Made by a program: the position numbers and the translations under genes
Part shown: in pieces, positions 16,387 through 25,163 of the stretch
Position numbering within the stretch: position 1 is the stretch's first letter
Layout: every line of letters begins with the position of its first letter
The notes under the pieces: generated by a model
The model's input: only the letters and a program-made list of their open reading frames with translations
Told to the model about the DNA's origin: nothing
Database searches by the model: none
Assembly: GCA_022646745.1 (NCBI GenBank)
Contig: CP060262.1
Coordinates: 3,240,001 to 3,272,000 of the forward strand
Direction: 5' to 3'
Length of the DNA: 32,000 nt
DNA from: Planctomycetales bacterium
GTDB lineage: Bacteria > 4484-113 > JAFGCY01

Positions 16387-17341
16387 CGGTCAATTGTCCC
16401 ATAAAGTGTTCCAATGCCTCATCAGCACTCGCAGCCTTCATCATGCGCAACACAGGCTGCTCAGCGTTCTCCACGTCGAACTTCAGGGCATCCAGCGGCA
16501 GGTCCACAGCGGCGCAGACAAAGAGCATCTCAAGCTGGCGATATGTCACCTTCTGCAACTGCCTTGCCAGTCCCTCCCATGCCGCTTCAACATCGTCGCC
16601 AAAGGGCTGCAGGTTGACAAACAAGTGCCTCGCCCAGTAGGCATGGTGCAGCTGTTCCTGCTCAATCTCCCCGTCATCGAACAGCACCACCGGCAGGTAG
16701 GCAACGTCGAACATCTCGTACAGTCCCTTGATGCGCAGCCAGCGCGGCTTGCGGCGGAACAGTTCAAACTCGATCTCGAAGTGGTCCTTGCCGATGATGC
16801 GCGGCAGGAGCAGGTCTTCCTCCATCACGGTCTCGTGCGGCTCAACCAGCATCGTTTCGGCATAGATCCGCCAGCGCAGGGAAACCCCGAGCTGCTCCCC
16901 CTCCTCGCCGTCCTGTGCAATACGTGGCGTGCGGCGGCTGCCTGTTGCGTACTTCGGGTTGCCCTTGCCACCCTTGCCGCCCTGGGCCACCAGCAGGCGG
17001 GCATCACCATTGGTCACATGCCCGATCTCCGCCCCCGTACGTGATTCATATGCCAGGGTGCCGATCGGTACCCGGATCTCGAAGTCGTCCGCATCGCGGC
17101 CCTTCTTCAGGCCGCCGGCACCGTTAGCGCCATCCGCAGCGGAAAGGTCCATGTATTCCAGTGCCTGCAGGTTGTCCACATTCTTGTCACCCACAAGGTA
17201 TATGCTGCCGCCATGCCCCCCATCACCGCCATCCGGCCCGCCAAAGGCCTCGTACTTCCGGCTGTCGAAGTGCACGGCACCGTCCCCTCCCTTCCCGGCG
17301 CGGAGGCTTACCAGCAGGTTGTCTGTGAATCTTTCAGGCAT
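16370..17341 (-). CDS. obg: Obg-fold protein lacking all GTPase motifs (degenerate Obg/CgtA homologue)
   Basis: aa 1-160 match the Obg N-domain (AGKGGDGAVHF, GGPDGGDGGHGGSIYL, VAQGGKGGKGN). It sits at the syntenic position after rplU-rpmA and before nadD. aa 160-323 contain no GxxxxGK[ST], DxxG or [NT]KxD. Confidence 0.85.
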   Translation of the reverse strand: MPERFTDNLLVSLRAGKGGDGAVHFDSRKYEAFGGPDGGDGGHGGSIYLVGDKNVDNLQALEYMDLSAADGANGAGGLKKGRDADDFEIRVPIGTLAYESRTGAEIGHVTNGDARLLVAQGGKGGKGNPKYATGSRRTPRIAQDGEEGEQLGVSLRWRIYAETMLVEPHETVMEEDLLLPRIIGKDHFEIEFELFRRKPRWLRIKGLYEMFDVAYLPVVLFDDGEIEQEQLHHAYWARHLFVNLQPFGDDVEAAWEGLARQLQKVTYRQLEMLFVCAAVDLPLDALKFDVENAEQPVLRMMKAASADEALEHFMGQLTGGVVN

Positions 17342-17353
17342 CTCTCGTCACTG

Positions 17354-17391
17354 CAAACAAAAAAGGCGCAGCATCCGATGGATACTGCGCC
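17354..17391 (-). terminator. Rho-independent terminator/attenuator downstream of rpmA
   Basis: The minus strand reads GGCGCAGTATCC-ATC-GGATGCTGCGCC, a 12-bp stem with one G-U pair, followed by TTTTTTGTTTG. It lies 22 nt after the rpmA stop and 12 nt before the obg-like ATG. Confidence 0.8.
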
Positions 17392-17413
17392 GTTGGATTC
17401 GCTGATTTGATCG

Positions 17414-17668
17414 TCAGGCCTTGGGGGTCACGAAGACCGTGCGGCGGCCACGGTGCATCTTGTAGCCAACCGTGCCATCCACCAGGCTGAACAGGGTGAA
17501 ATCGCGGCCCATGCCGACATTGTCACCGGGGACGATGCGCATGCCGACCTGGCGAACGATGATGCTGCCGCCGTTGCAGACCTGCCCACCGTAGAGCTTG
17601 ATGCCCCGGTACTTCGGCTGGCTGTCGCGACCGTTCTTACTACTTCCTAAACCTTTTTTATGTGCCAT
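17414..17668 (-). CDS. rpmA: 50S ribosomal protein L27
   Basis: [29 protein letters not shown]... is the canonical L27 N-terminus. Confidence 0.97.
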   Translation of the reverse strand: MAHKKGLGSSKNGRDSQPKYRGIKLYGGQVCNGGSIIVRQVGMRIVPGDNVGMGRDFTLFSLVDGTVGYKMHRGRRTVFVTPKA

Positions 17669-17671
17669 GAC

Positions 17672-17983
17672 TTAACCCTTGATGTCCGTAACACGGAGAT
17701 AGCTGATCTTGTCGCGGTACCCGTTCTTCGAGTACTGGCGCTTCTTGCTCTGGTAAGTACCGACGTAGATCTTGGGGCTCTTGGCGTGCCTCACGATCTC
17801 GAAGGTGACCGATGCCTTGTCCAGTGCCGGCTGCCCGACGCTGATCTTGTCACCTTCATAGGTGGCAAGCACACGGTCGGCGTTCACCGATCCACCGGCA
17901 TCTCCGGCAACCTGCAGCGTGCGGATGGTCTGGCCCTTCTCGACACGGTACTGCTTGCCCTTGATCTCAACAATTGCAATCAT
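17672..17983 (-). CDS. rplU: 50S ribosomal protein L21
   Basis: MIAIVEIKGKQYRVEKGQTI... is the canonical L21 sequence. SD AAGAGGA upstream. Immediately precedes rpmA. Confidence 0.97.
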   Translation of the reverse strand: MIAIVEIKGKQYRVEKGQTIRTLQVAGDAGGSVNADRVLATYEGDKISVGQPALDKASVTFEIVRHAKSPKIYVGTYQSKKRQYSKNGYRDKISYLRVTDIKG

Positions 17984-18089
17984 CTTATTCCTCTTTCTGC
18001 CCGCAGCCGTCGTGCGGCCGCGCAGGCGGGAACGAATACGATAGCATATATCGCTCGCGAGTCAATAGTTTACCGGAAAAGGATGTCCA

Positions 18090-18995
18090 GTGCAGCAGGA
18101 ATCTAGAATCGTCATCAGCGGTGCCTCCGGCTTCATCGGCAGCGCGCTCGTGCCTTTCCTGGAGGAACGGGGCCATGCAGTCTACCGTCTCGTCCGGCGC
18201 AACCCTTCCTCGGACCGCGAGATCCAGTGGAACCCGGGTGCAGAGCTGGATCCGGCAGCCCTTCCCGCCGGCCTGCGTGTGGTTATCAACCTGTCAGGCA
18301 GCTCGATTGCGGTGCGCTTCACCGACCAGAACCGCCAGGAGATCCTCAACAGCCGGATCAGCAGTACCGGAACCCTTGTTCGCGCTGTCCAGGCTATGGA
18401 GAACCCGCCGGAGCTGTTCATCAATGCATCCGGGATCGGATACTACGGTGACCGCGGGGCAGACCTGCTGACTGAATCATCCGCACCCGGCAATGACTTC
18501 GTGGCTGATGTTTGCCGCCGATGGGAAAATGCCCTCTCACCTCTCAAGGACGTCCAGACACGCACAATCGCATTGCGCACGGGCATAGTGCTGGATCCAT
18601 ACGGTGGAGCACTTGAGAAGATGCTGCCCGCCTTCAGGGCTGGCATTGGAGCAGTGCTTGGAGACGGCCGGCAGTACATGAGCTGGATCAGCCTACGGGA
18701 CTACATGGCCGTAATCAGGCATGCAATCACTACTACAAAGCTGGCCGGACCGATCAATGCTGTTGCACCGGAAGCTGTTACAAACCGTGAGTTCAGCCAG
18801 CAACTGGCCCAGGCGCTTGGCAAGGGACTTTTCTTCTCCGCGCCTGCATGGGCACTGACCACTGCGATGGGAGAAATGGCACGCCTGCTGCTGCTGGCCA
18901 GCCAGCGCGTGCAGCCTGAGGCCTTGGAGCAAAGCGGGTTCCACTGGCAGGACAGGAGCCTCTCACGCACTTTCGCAGAATTCTTCTCACGCTGA
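18090..18995 (+). CDS. TIGR01777-type SDR/epimerase-family protein (NAD-binding domain plus DUF1731-like C-terminus)
   Basis: IVISGASGFIGSALVPFL Rossmann motif; C-terminal ...LEQSGFHWQDRSL... typical of YfcH-like proteins; GTG start with AAGGA upstream. Confidence 0.8.
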   Translation: MQQESRIVISGASGFIGSALVPFLEERGHAVYRLVRRNPSSDREIQWNPGAELDPAALPAGLRVVINLSGSSIAVRFTDQNRQEILNSRISSTGTLVRAVQAMENPPELFINASGIGYYGDRGADLLTESSAPGNDFVADVCRRWENALSPLKDVQTRTIALRTGIVLDPYGGALEKMLPAFRAGIGAVLGDGRQYMSWISLRDYMAVIRHAITTTKLAGPINAVAPEAVTNREFSQQLAQALGKGLFFSAPAWALTTAMGEMARLLLLASQRVQPEALEQSGFHWQDRSLSRTFAEFFSR

Positions 18996-19092
18996 TTACA
19001 GGCCAGAGGCGATGTGATCTTCAATTACAGCCACGAGTGTGTTAGCTTATAGATAGCAGGTCTCAAAACCTGCACTTTCTGAGGACGGACGA

Positions 19093-19611
19093 ATGAACCT
19101 GCAGCAGCTGCTGGACACCCTGGACCAATATGAAACCCGAATCCCGCTGGACGTGCTTGAGGATGCCCTCAACCGCGTTGAAATCACATGCGACTGCGTG
19201 AAGGACCAGCTGATCTTCGACGAGGGCTTCTACCAGCGCAACCTGCTGCATGACGGTCCGGCCTACCAGGCACTTGTTATCTGCTGGCTCAACGGCCAGC
19301 GCAGCCTGATCCACGACCATGTCGGCTCAAGCTGCGGCGTCAAGGTGCTGCGTGGCACTGCGACTGAGACGGTCTTCGACTGGTCAGACAACCGGATGAT
19401 CTATCCCACGCGCACAAGCATGCTGAATGAGGGCTGTGTCTGCGCGGCGCAGGACATGGACATCCACCAGATCAGCAACCTGCAGGCGGACAACCGAGAC
19501 CTGGTCACCCTGCACATCTACTCACCGCGTCTGGTGAAGATGGGTGTATACAGCCTGACTGACAGCAAGGTCACCCGCCAGGACGAGTACAAGATCGCCA
19601 GCAACGCCTGA
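19093..19611 (+). CDS. Cysteine dioxygenase type I family cupin (thiol dioxygenase)
   Basis: LVICWLNGQRSLIHDHVGSSCGVKVLRGTATETVF and LVTLHIYSP parallel the CDO motifs (CW..GQ.S.IHDH..S.C..K.L.G; LH.YSP). SD GAGGA upstream. Confidence 0.8.
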   Translation: MNLQQLLDTLDQYETRIPLDVLEDALNRVEITCDCVKDQLIFDEGFYQRNLLHDGPAYQALVICWLNGQRSLIHDHVGSSCGVKVLRGTATETVFDWSDNRMIYPTRTSMLNEGCVCAAQDMDIHQISNLQADNRDLVTLHIYSPRLVKMGVYSLTDSKVTRQDEYKIASNA

Positions 19612-19619
19612 GATTGCTC

Positions 19620-20846
19620 CTAGATCGCGCGGTTGCTCAGCAGCGCAGCAAACTCGCAATGCACCGTCCAGGGAAACAGGTCCGCAGATTCCAGCTTTTC
19701 CAGCCGCCAGTTCTGTGACAGGAGCTTCAGGTCGCGGCAGAATTCCGCTCCGTCACAACCGATCAGCACCAGGGTTCCCGCTCCCTGCTCATTTAGTGCA
19801 AGGCACAATGCCCTACCAAGGCCGCTCCTCGGCGGGTCGAGGATGATCACGTCATCCGGCCGACTCTTCATGCGGTCAACGTAGCTGGCAACGTCCCGGT
19901 GGAAGCAACGTGCGTCCTGCCCCTTGAGGTTGGCAACAGCATTCGTAATGCTGTCGGCAGAACTGTCCACCACTGAGAATGAGCGGAAACTGTTACAGAG
20001 TACCCTGCTGAACAATCCGCAGCCTCCGTACAGGTCATGCAGCCTGTCCCCACCCAGCTGCCAGCGCGAGAACAGTGCACGGAACCAGCGGATCGCGGCC
20101 CCGCCACTTGTCTGGAAGAATGCGCTGGCAAGGTTGGCAATCTCGCCATCAATCAAAAGGAAGGAGAGTCGTCCATCCGAATCCTGCCAGCCTCCCTCCC
20201 CCAGCTGCCAGAAACGCGTGCTGTCACCTTCATGCCAGGCGATCACCGGCTGTTCCGGATTGCCACAGGCCAGTTCCCAGCGGCCTGGCAATGCCGGCAT
20301 CAACCCATCCGCGATTGAATTTCGCAAGGCATTGATTGCATCTGACAGCGCAGGCCTTGCAGCCATGCAGTGTCCGATTTCCACCAGCTCGTGGCTGCCA
20401 CGCTGATGGTATCCAAGCCGGCCGTCGGCATAGTGCAGCTGGATCACGTTGCGCTTCGTGTAATCGTCCGCCGCAGTCCAGTTCCATTGGAGTTCACGAC
20501 CCAGCTGCTTTGCTATCAGGTCAGTCGCCATCTGCTGCTTCAGGGAACTGCCAAAGTCCGCTGCACCCTGCAGGTCACATCCACCGCACTCAATGGCCCA
20601 TGGGCATGCTGGCACAACACGCTCAGCAGCAGGCTCAAGCACATCCAGCACTCGCCCCTCGGCATGCCGTGCCTTCCATGTGATTTCCGCCCTGACCAGT
20701 TCTGCCGGGAACAGTGCAGTGGAATGCCAGAGCAGCATGATCCGTCCATCTGCATGCCTGGCAATCCCGAGTCCGCCCCAGCCCAGCCGCTCTATACGGC
20801 ATTCCACAGTCTCCACCGGCAACTGGCCGTGTTCGATGTCAGTCAA
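19620..20846 (-). CDS. RumA/RlmD-like SAM-dependent RNA (uracil-5)-methyltransferase
   Basis: Cys cluster CPWAIECGGCDLQ. SAM motif DLYGGCGLFS. ILDPPRSG. Catalytic-Cys region LVLIGCDGAEFCRDL. TTG 20846 has GGGGAG 7 nt upstream and overlaps the phzF-family stop by 8 nt. The track start at 20867 is an alternative. Confidence 0.8.
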   Translation of the reverse strand: MTDIEHGQLPVETVECRIERLGWGGLGIARHADGRIMLLWHSTALFPAELVRAEITWKARHAEGRVLDVLEPAAERVVPACPWAIECGGCDLQGAADFGSSLKQQMATDLIAKQLGRELQWNWTAADDYTKRNVIQLHYADGRLGYHQRGSHELVEIGHCMAARPALSDAINALRNSIADGLMPALPGRWELACGNPEQPVIAWHEGDSTRFWQLGEGGWQDSDGRLSFLLIDGEIANLASAFFQTSGGAAIRWFRALFSRWQLGGDRLHDLYGGCGLFSRVLCNSFRSFSVVDSSADSITNAVANLKGQDARCFHRDVASYVDRMKSRPDDVIILDPPRSGLGRALCLALNEQGAGTLVLIGCDGAEFCRDLKLLSQNWRLEKLESADLFPWTVHCEFAALLSNRAI

Positions 20847-21723
20847 TCCTGAACTCCCCGCTGGCAACTTCCAGCGCGCCTCCTGCGATCCTGATCAGGC
20901 GGCTGTCACTGCTGCCTTCAACGCTGAACCAGATACGGGACGGCCTGTGCATGCTGTACCCCTGGTCGAGTCCGACAAACCTGCCATGCATTCCCTCGAG
21001 CCTTCCCGTCAGGGCAAGGTATTCCGCCAGACAACATGCACTGGACCCGGTTGCGGCATCCTCCATCACTCCATGCAGCGGCGCGAACATCCGTGTGCTG
21101 AACTGGCCTCCATCGGCATAGCCCCCATCACACATCACAGTAAGCTGGTCAAAGCCGGTAGTGGCGTGCAGTTCCCGCAATGCCGTAATGTCACAGCAGG
21201 CAGACTCCAGGGCATCACGATCACGCACTGGCACGATGCAATAAGTCGGTCCGACATCCAGCAAGCCGGTGGCATACCGCGGATCCAGCCTGTCTTCTTC
21301 CAGTGAACACAAGCGGGCTGCCAGCTGGCGGTCAGGCAACTCCCCATGCCAACGCACCGGCGGCGAGGTGAAACAGCTGAGCATCTGCCCGTCATGCTGC
21401 AGCCGGCTGATGCTGACGACATCGCGCATAAGCTCAAAGCTGATTTCATTGCTAGCGGTCTCGATGTTCTTGAAAATATACTCAGCCGTCCCCACCACGG
21501 GATGGCCGGCAAAGATCATCTCCCGGTCCGGAGTGAAGATCCGTACCTTGAATCGTCCATCACCTCCACCGCAGATGAAGGTACATTCCGACAGGTTCAT
21601 CTCGCGGGTCAGGGCCTGCATCATTTCCGTATCCATGTCCTGCGCGTGAGGAAATATCCCGAGCGGGTTGCCACCCAGTGCCCGGTCCGTGAATACATCC
21701 CATTGCCTGAACTCGATTGCCAT
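20839..21723 (-). CDS. PhzF-family isomerase/epimerase-fold protein
   Basis: MAIEFRQWDVFTDRALGGNPLGIF...LSECTF... is a typical PhzF/YddE N-terminus. SD GGAGAGGTG lies 5 nt before ATG 21723, so the 12 upstream codons of the track ORF are rejected. Confidence 0.85.
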   Translation of the reverse strand: MAIEFRQWDVFTDRALGGNPLGIFPHAQDMDTEMMQALTREMNLSECTFICGGGDGRFKVRIFTPDREMIFAGHPVVGTAEYIFKNIETASNEISFELMRDVVSISRLQHDGQMLSCFTSPPVRWHGELPDRQLAARLCSLEEDRLDPRYATGLLDVGPTYCIVPVRDRDALESACCDITALRELHATTGFDQLTVMCDGGYADGGQFSTRMFAPLHGVMEDAATGSSACCLAEYLALTGRLEGMHGRFVGLDQGYSMHRPSRIWFSVEGSSDSRLIRIAGGALEVASGEFRID

Positions 21724-21749
21724 GTTGCACCTCTCCCCGTGCGAGGCGC

Positions 21750-21758
21750 ATATTAGCA
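21750..21758 (-). promoter_or_regulatory. Candidate extended -10 element (TGCTAATAT) for the PhzF-family gene
   Basis: The minus strand reads GGATGCTAATATGCG, about 26 nt upstream of ATG 21723. The leader contains the SD. Confidence 0.35.
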
Positions 21759-21934
21759 TCCATATGCATACTGCGGAATGCTCCTTGCAGTCCTGCCTGC
21801 TATAATTTCAGCACTTCACTGATGCCTGATCCCATGCCGTCTGCGCGGCCTGCATGACCGGGAAGCAGCATCAATGCTGGCTTCATCCATGCCTGTGTGA
21901 TCAGTGTCCGTCAATCGTTCGGAGAATCGAATAG

Positions 21935-23098
21935 ATGACAAGCAGGGTCCACCACAGTTCGCGACTGGAACTGAGCCAGTCGGCGCTCAGGCACAACCTG
22001 GACTTCCTTCGCCGCACGGTTGGCGACCACCCGATTATCAACGTAGTAGTCAAGGCCAATGCCTATGGCCATGGCGTGGAACAGTTCGTGCCAATGGCAG
22101 AGAAATGCGGGATCAGCCACTTCGCCGTCGCATCCAGTGGAGAGGCGCAGATAGCCTTTGAGTCCCTGTCAACCGACAGCAGCGTGATGATCATGGGCAT
22201 CCTGCATGACAGCGACATTGACTGGGTAATCGAGAACGGGATTGAGTTCTACGTGTTCAGCCTGCGCCGGATAGAGAAAGTTGCCAGTATTGCCTCTGCA
22301 ATGGGAAAGACCGCGAAGATCCACCTGGAGGTCGAGACTGGTGGCAACCGTACCGGCATCGAACAGGCAAAGTTGCGTGAGGCACTGGCAATCATCCACC
22401 GTGAACGGAAGCACCTGCAGCTTGTTGGCTTCTGTACTCACCTGGCGGGGGCTGAATCCCTGTCATCCAAGTTCCGCATCGACCGGCAAGTGGATTCATT
22501 CTTCCGTGTCCGCCGCCCGGTACTGCGGCGCAGCCGGCAACCCATCTACCATGTCGCCAGCAGTGCCGCAGCAATGATCCGCCCTGAGGTGCGCCTCGAC
22601 ATGGTGCGCATCGGCACAGCCGTGTACGGGCTATATCCCAGCCCGGATGTGCACAACACGATGCTGCTGGGTGTACGAAACCGCGAGGATGTCCGGTTGC
22701 GCCGCGTCATTTCCTGGAAGACGAATGTGATGCAGGTGCGCAATGTGGACCGCGACGAATTCGTCGGTTACGGCACCAGCTACCAGGCACCGCGGGCATC
22801 GAAAATTGCAGTGATCCCGATTGGTTACGGTAATGGCTATCCGCGCGAAATGAGCAACCGCGGTAATGTGCTGATCCGGGGCCGGCGCGCTCCGATCGTC
22901 GGACTCGTCAACATGAACATGTGCTTTGCCGATGTGACGAACATCCCCGGCGTTGACGACGGCGATGAGGTGGTGCTGGTCGGCCGCCAGAAGAATAACG
23001 AAATCACCATCCGCAGCTTCTCGGAGTTCAGTTCAGCCCTGAACACTGAATTCCTCAGCAGGTTGCCGGCGGACATCCCGCGGCATGTGGTGAAGTAG
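21935..23098 (+). CDS. alr: Alanine racemase
   Basis: VVKANAYGHG PLP-lysine motif near the N-terminus. Later YG..YP, PIGYGNGYPR and VSMD-equivalent (VNMNMCFADVT) motifs. SD GGAG upstream. Confidence 0.92.
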   Translation: MTSRVHHSSRLELSQSALRHNLDFLRRTVGDHPIINVVVKANAYGHGVEQFVPMAEKCGISHFAVASSGEAQIAFESLSTDSSVMIMGILHDSDIDWVIENGIEFYVFSLRRIEKVASIASAMGKTAKIHLEVETGGNRTGIEQAKLREALAIIHRERKHLQLVGFCTHLAGAESLSSKFRIDRQVDSFFRVRRPVLRRSRQPIYHVASSAAAMIRPEVRLDMVRIGTAVYGLYPSPDVHNTMLLGVRNREDVRLRRVISWKTNVMQVRNVDRDEFVGYGTSYQAPRASKIAVIPIGYGNGYPREMSNRGNVLIRGRRAPIVGLVNMNMCFADVTNIPGVDDGDEVVLVGRQKNNEITIRSFSEFSSALNTEFLSRLPADIPRHVVK

Positions 23099-23109
23099 GA
23101 AGGAAGTAT

Positions 23110-23202
23110 CGGAGAGAGAGGGAATCGAACCCCCCACGGACAGTTTTATCTGCCCGCCACTGGTTTTGAAGACCAGACGGGACACCAGCCCCGATCCTCT
23201 CC
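23110..23202 (-). tRNA. selC: tRNA-Sec (anticodon UCA)
   Basis: A 93-nt minus-strand cloverleaf. Acceptor GGAGAGG/TCTCTCC. 6-bp D-stem CGGGGC/GTCCCG with a 4-nt loop, the tRNA-Sec hallmark. Anticodon arm CTGGT-CTTCAAA-ACCAG. 7-bp long variable arm CGGGCAG/CTGTCCG. T-loop GGTTCGATTCC. Sits directly downstream of selB. No encoded CCA. Confidence 0.9.
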
Positions 23203-23243
23203 GCATCATTTATAGCGCATTCCGCGCCTGAGGGCAGAACACT

Positions 23244-25163
23244 TCAGGCCAGCTTGCGGAAGTCCCCATCCCGCTTGAGCAGTCCGCTTTGCTCAAAGTA
23301 CTGCAGCAGCGGAATGCCGTACTTACGCGATGTACCGACGAACTGGTTGAAATCACTGACCGTCATCTGCGCATCACCGGACAGGTGCTCACGTAAACGG
23401 CCGGCAATTGCCTCGACAATTTTTGTGTCGAAGTATACAGCGCCCGGCAGCACCACCAGTTCCCCGTCCTCCGCCAGCAGCTTGCAAAGCATCAGCAGGC
23501 GCTTCTTATCCACCGGTACATCCTTCACGATGTCATCCGGCTGGTCAGGCTTGATGCTGTCCAGCATGCGTGCCCGCAGCTCCTTCAGGGCCTCGTTGTC
23601 CTTTGCAGTCAGCTTGACCGCACGACCCGGCAGGGCAAAGGTGCCGGCCTGCTTGAGCAGCCGTCCGTCCTGTACACCCGCGTTCAGTGACTGCTCGACC
23701 AGTTCCACCGGCAGTGAGCCAGCTCCCGCCGTTATGCCGTTGGCAAACGCGGAGACTGACATACCCTTCAGTGTCAAGGGATTGTCATCGTGGAAGCCTT
23801 CCAGCATCTTCATCGCGCGCTTGACGATCCGCTCTCGGTTCTCTGCCGTGCTCAGGATCTGCGACCTGCCACTGCCATAGGCCTGCAGGCCACCCTTCAG
23901 GGCGGCCTGTATGGCCGCCTCCAGCGTAGTGTCATCCACAAGCAGCAGCGGCAACAGGTCCTGGCGGTTGGCGCCGTACTGGCTCTTGCCAACCTCATGC
24001 AGCAGGCGTGCTTCGAGGCTTTCCTCGCGCAGGTCCTCCAGCTTCTCCGCCGCCTCACCACGCCTACGGCGGTGCTTGGTCGGATGTGGGTCAAGCACCA
24101 CCCCGCCACCGATCGTCTGCTGGCCGGTGCTGGCCCGCAGGATGAAGCGGTCACCGGCTGCGATTGCCAGTGGTTCACTGACCCTGAGCTGCACCAGCGA
24201 TGTGCTGCCTGGGATCGCCAGGTCGCTGTCAAGGGGATGGACCTTTGCCGTCAGTTCGACGGTACCAATATGCAGTTCCACCTCACTGCCACGACGCAAA
24301 GGCGTGAATGCTCCATCCAGCAGTTCGACTTCGGCATCAAGCATGAATGAGCTTTCCAGCGCATCCTTCTCCGCGAGTACTTCGCCACGGGAGATCTCAT
24401 CGTGGCTGACGCCAGCGAGGTTGATCGCGGCACGCATCCCGGCTCCGATGTTCCTCACGTCCTCACCGTGCATCTGGATACCGCGTACGCGTACACGCTT
24501 GCCGCTTGGATACAGCATCAGTTCGTCATCAACACTGGCATTGCCGGACACCGTGGTTCCGGTCACTACCGTTCCCGCCCCATGGATGCTGAAGGCACGG
24601 TCGATTGCCATCCGGAAGCGACCCTCACTGGCACGCTGCGGCACCTGCATCGCAACCATGCGGATCTGCTCCTTCAGTTCATCCATGCCGATACCCTTGA
24701 TGCTGCTGACCGGCACGATCGGGCAACCCTCAAGAAAGGTACTGCTGACAACCTCGCGGATATCCTCGATTGCCAGTTCGCGGATCTCCTCCTCCACCAT
24801 GTCCACCTTGGTCAGGGCGACCAGGCCATGGCGCACGCCCAACATGCGGGCGATGTGCAGGTGTTCCGTTGTCTGGGGCATCACGCCGTCATCCGCGGCA
24901 ATCACCAGCAGCAGCAGGTCGATACCCGTCGCTCCGGCAACCATGTTGCGGATGAAGCGCGCATGTCCCGGCACGTCAATGATGCCGATACGCAGCTCAT
25001 CACCCAGCTCAAGGTGAGCGAAGCCGAGGTTGATTGTGATTCCGCGGCGCTTCTCCTCTTCAAGGGTGTCAGTATCAACGCCGGTCAGGGCGCGCACAAG
25101 GGATGTCTTGCCATGGTCAATATGTCCACTGGTACCGAGCACCAGGTAACGTGGCTCAGCCAT
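23244..25163 (-). CDS. selB: Selenocysteine-specific translation elongation factor
   Basis: [13 protein letters not shown] (G1), DVPGH (G3), TKVD (G4), and a long C-terminal winged-helix-like extension. ATG 25163 overlaps the selA stop (ATGGCTGA). The upstream 29 codons of the track ORF lie inside selA. Confidence 0.93.
   Translation of the reverse strand: MAEPRYLVLGTSGHIDHGKTSLVRALTGVDTDTLEEEKRRGITINLGFAHLELGDELRIGIIDVPGHARFIRNMVAGATGIDLLLLVIAADDGVMPQTTEHLHIARMLGVRHGLVALTKVDMVEEEIRELAIEDIREVVSSTFLEGCPIVPVSSIKGIGMDELKEQIRMVAMQVPQRASEGRFRMAIDRAFSIHGAGTVVTGTTVSGNASVDDELMLYPSGKRVRVRGIQMHGEDVRNIGAGMRAAINLAGVSHDEISRGEVLAEKDALESSFMLDAEVELLDGAFTPLRRGSEVELHIGTVELTAKVHPLDSDLAIPGSTSLVQLRVSEPLAIAAGDRFILRASTGQQTIGGGVVLDPHPTKHRRRRGEAAEKLEDLREESLEARLLHEVGKSQYGANRQDLLPLLLVDDTTLEAAIQAALKGGLQAYGSGRSQILSTAENRERIVKRAMKMLEGFHDDNPLTLKGMSVSAFANGITAGAGSLPVELVEQSLNAGVQDGRLLKQAGTFALPGRAVKLTAKDNEALKELRARMLDSIKPDQPDDIVKDVPVDKKRLLMLCKLLAEDGELVVLPGAVYFDTKIVEAIAGRLREHLSGDAQMTVSDFNQFVGTSRKYGIPLLQYFEQSGLLKRDGDFRKLA

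Noticed and set aside
19056-19080. Hairpin GCAGGT-CTCAAA-ACCTGC followed by ACTTTCT after the TIGR01777 gene, considered as an intrinsic terminator
   Set aside because: The stem is only 6 bp and the tail is U-poor. That is too weak to call as a terminator without RNA data.
21854-21934. 26-codon Cys-rich uORF (MTGKQHQCWLHPCLCDQCPSIVRRIE) ending in TAG directly abutting the alr ATG, plus a bulged hairpin at about 21862-21884
   Set aside because: There is no SD or convincing promoter geometry for the uORF. An open frame of this length is expected by chance in GC-rich DNA. I cannot show conservation, so it is noted only as a possible leader peptide.
23099-23243. tRNA-Sec locus as a genomic-island integration site
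   Set aside because: No integrase, direct repeat of the tRNA 3' end, or foreign-looking genes flank it. The neighbours are alr and the cognate sel operon.
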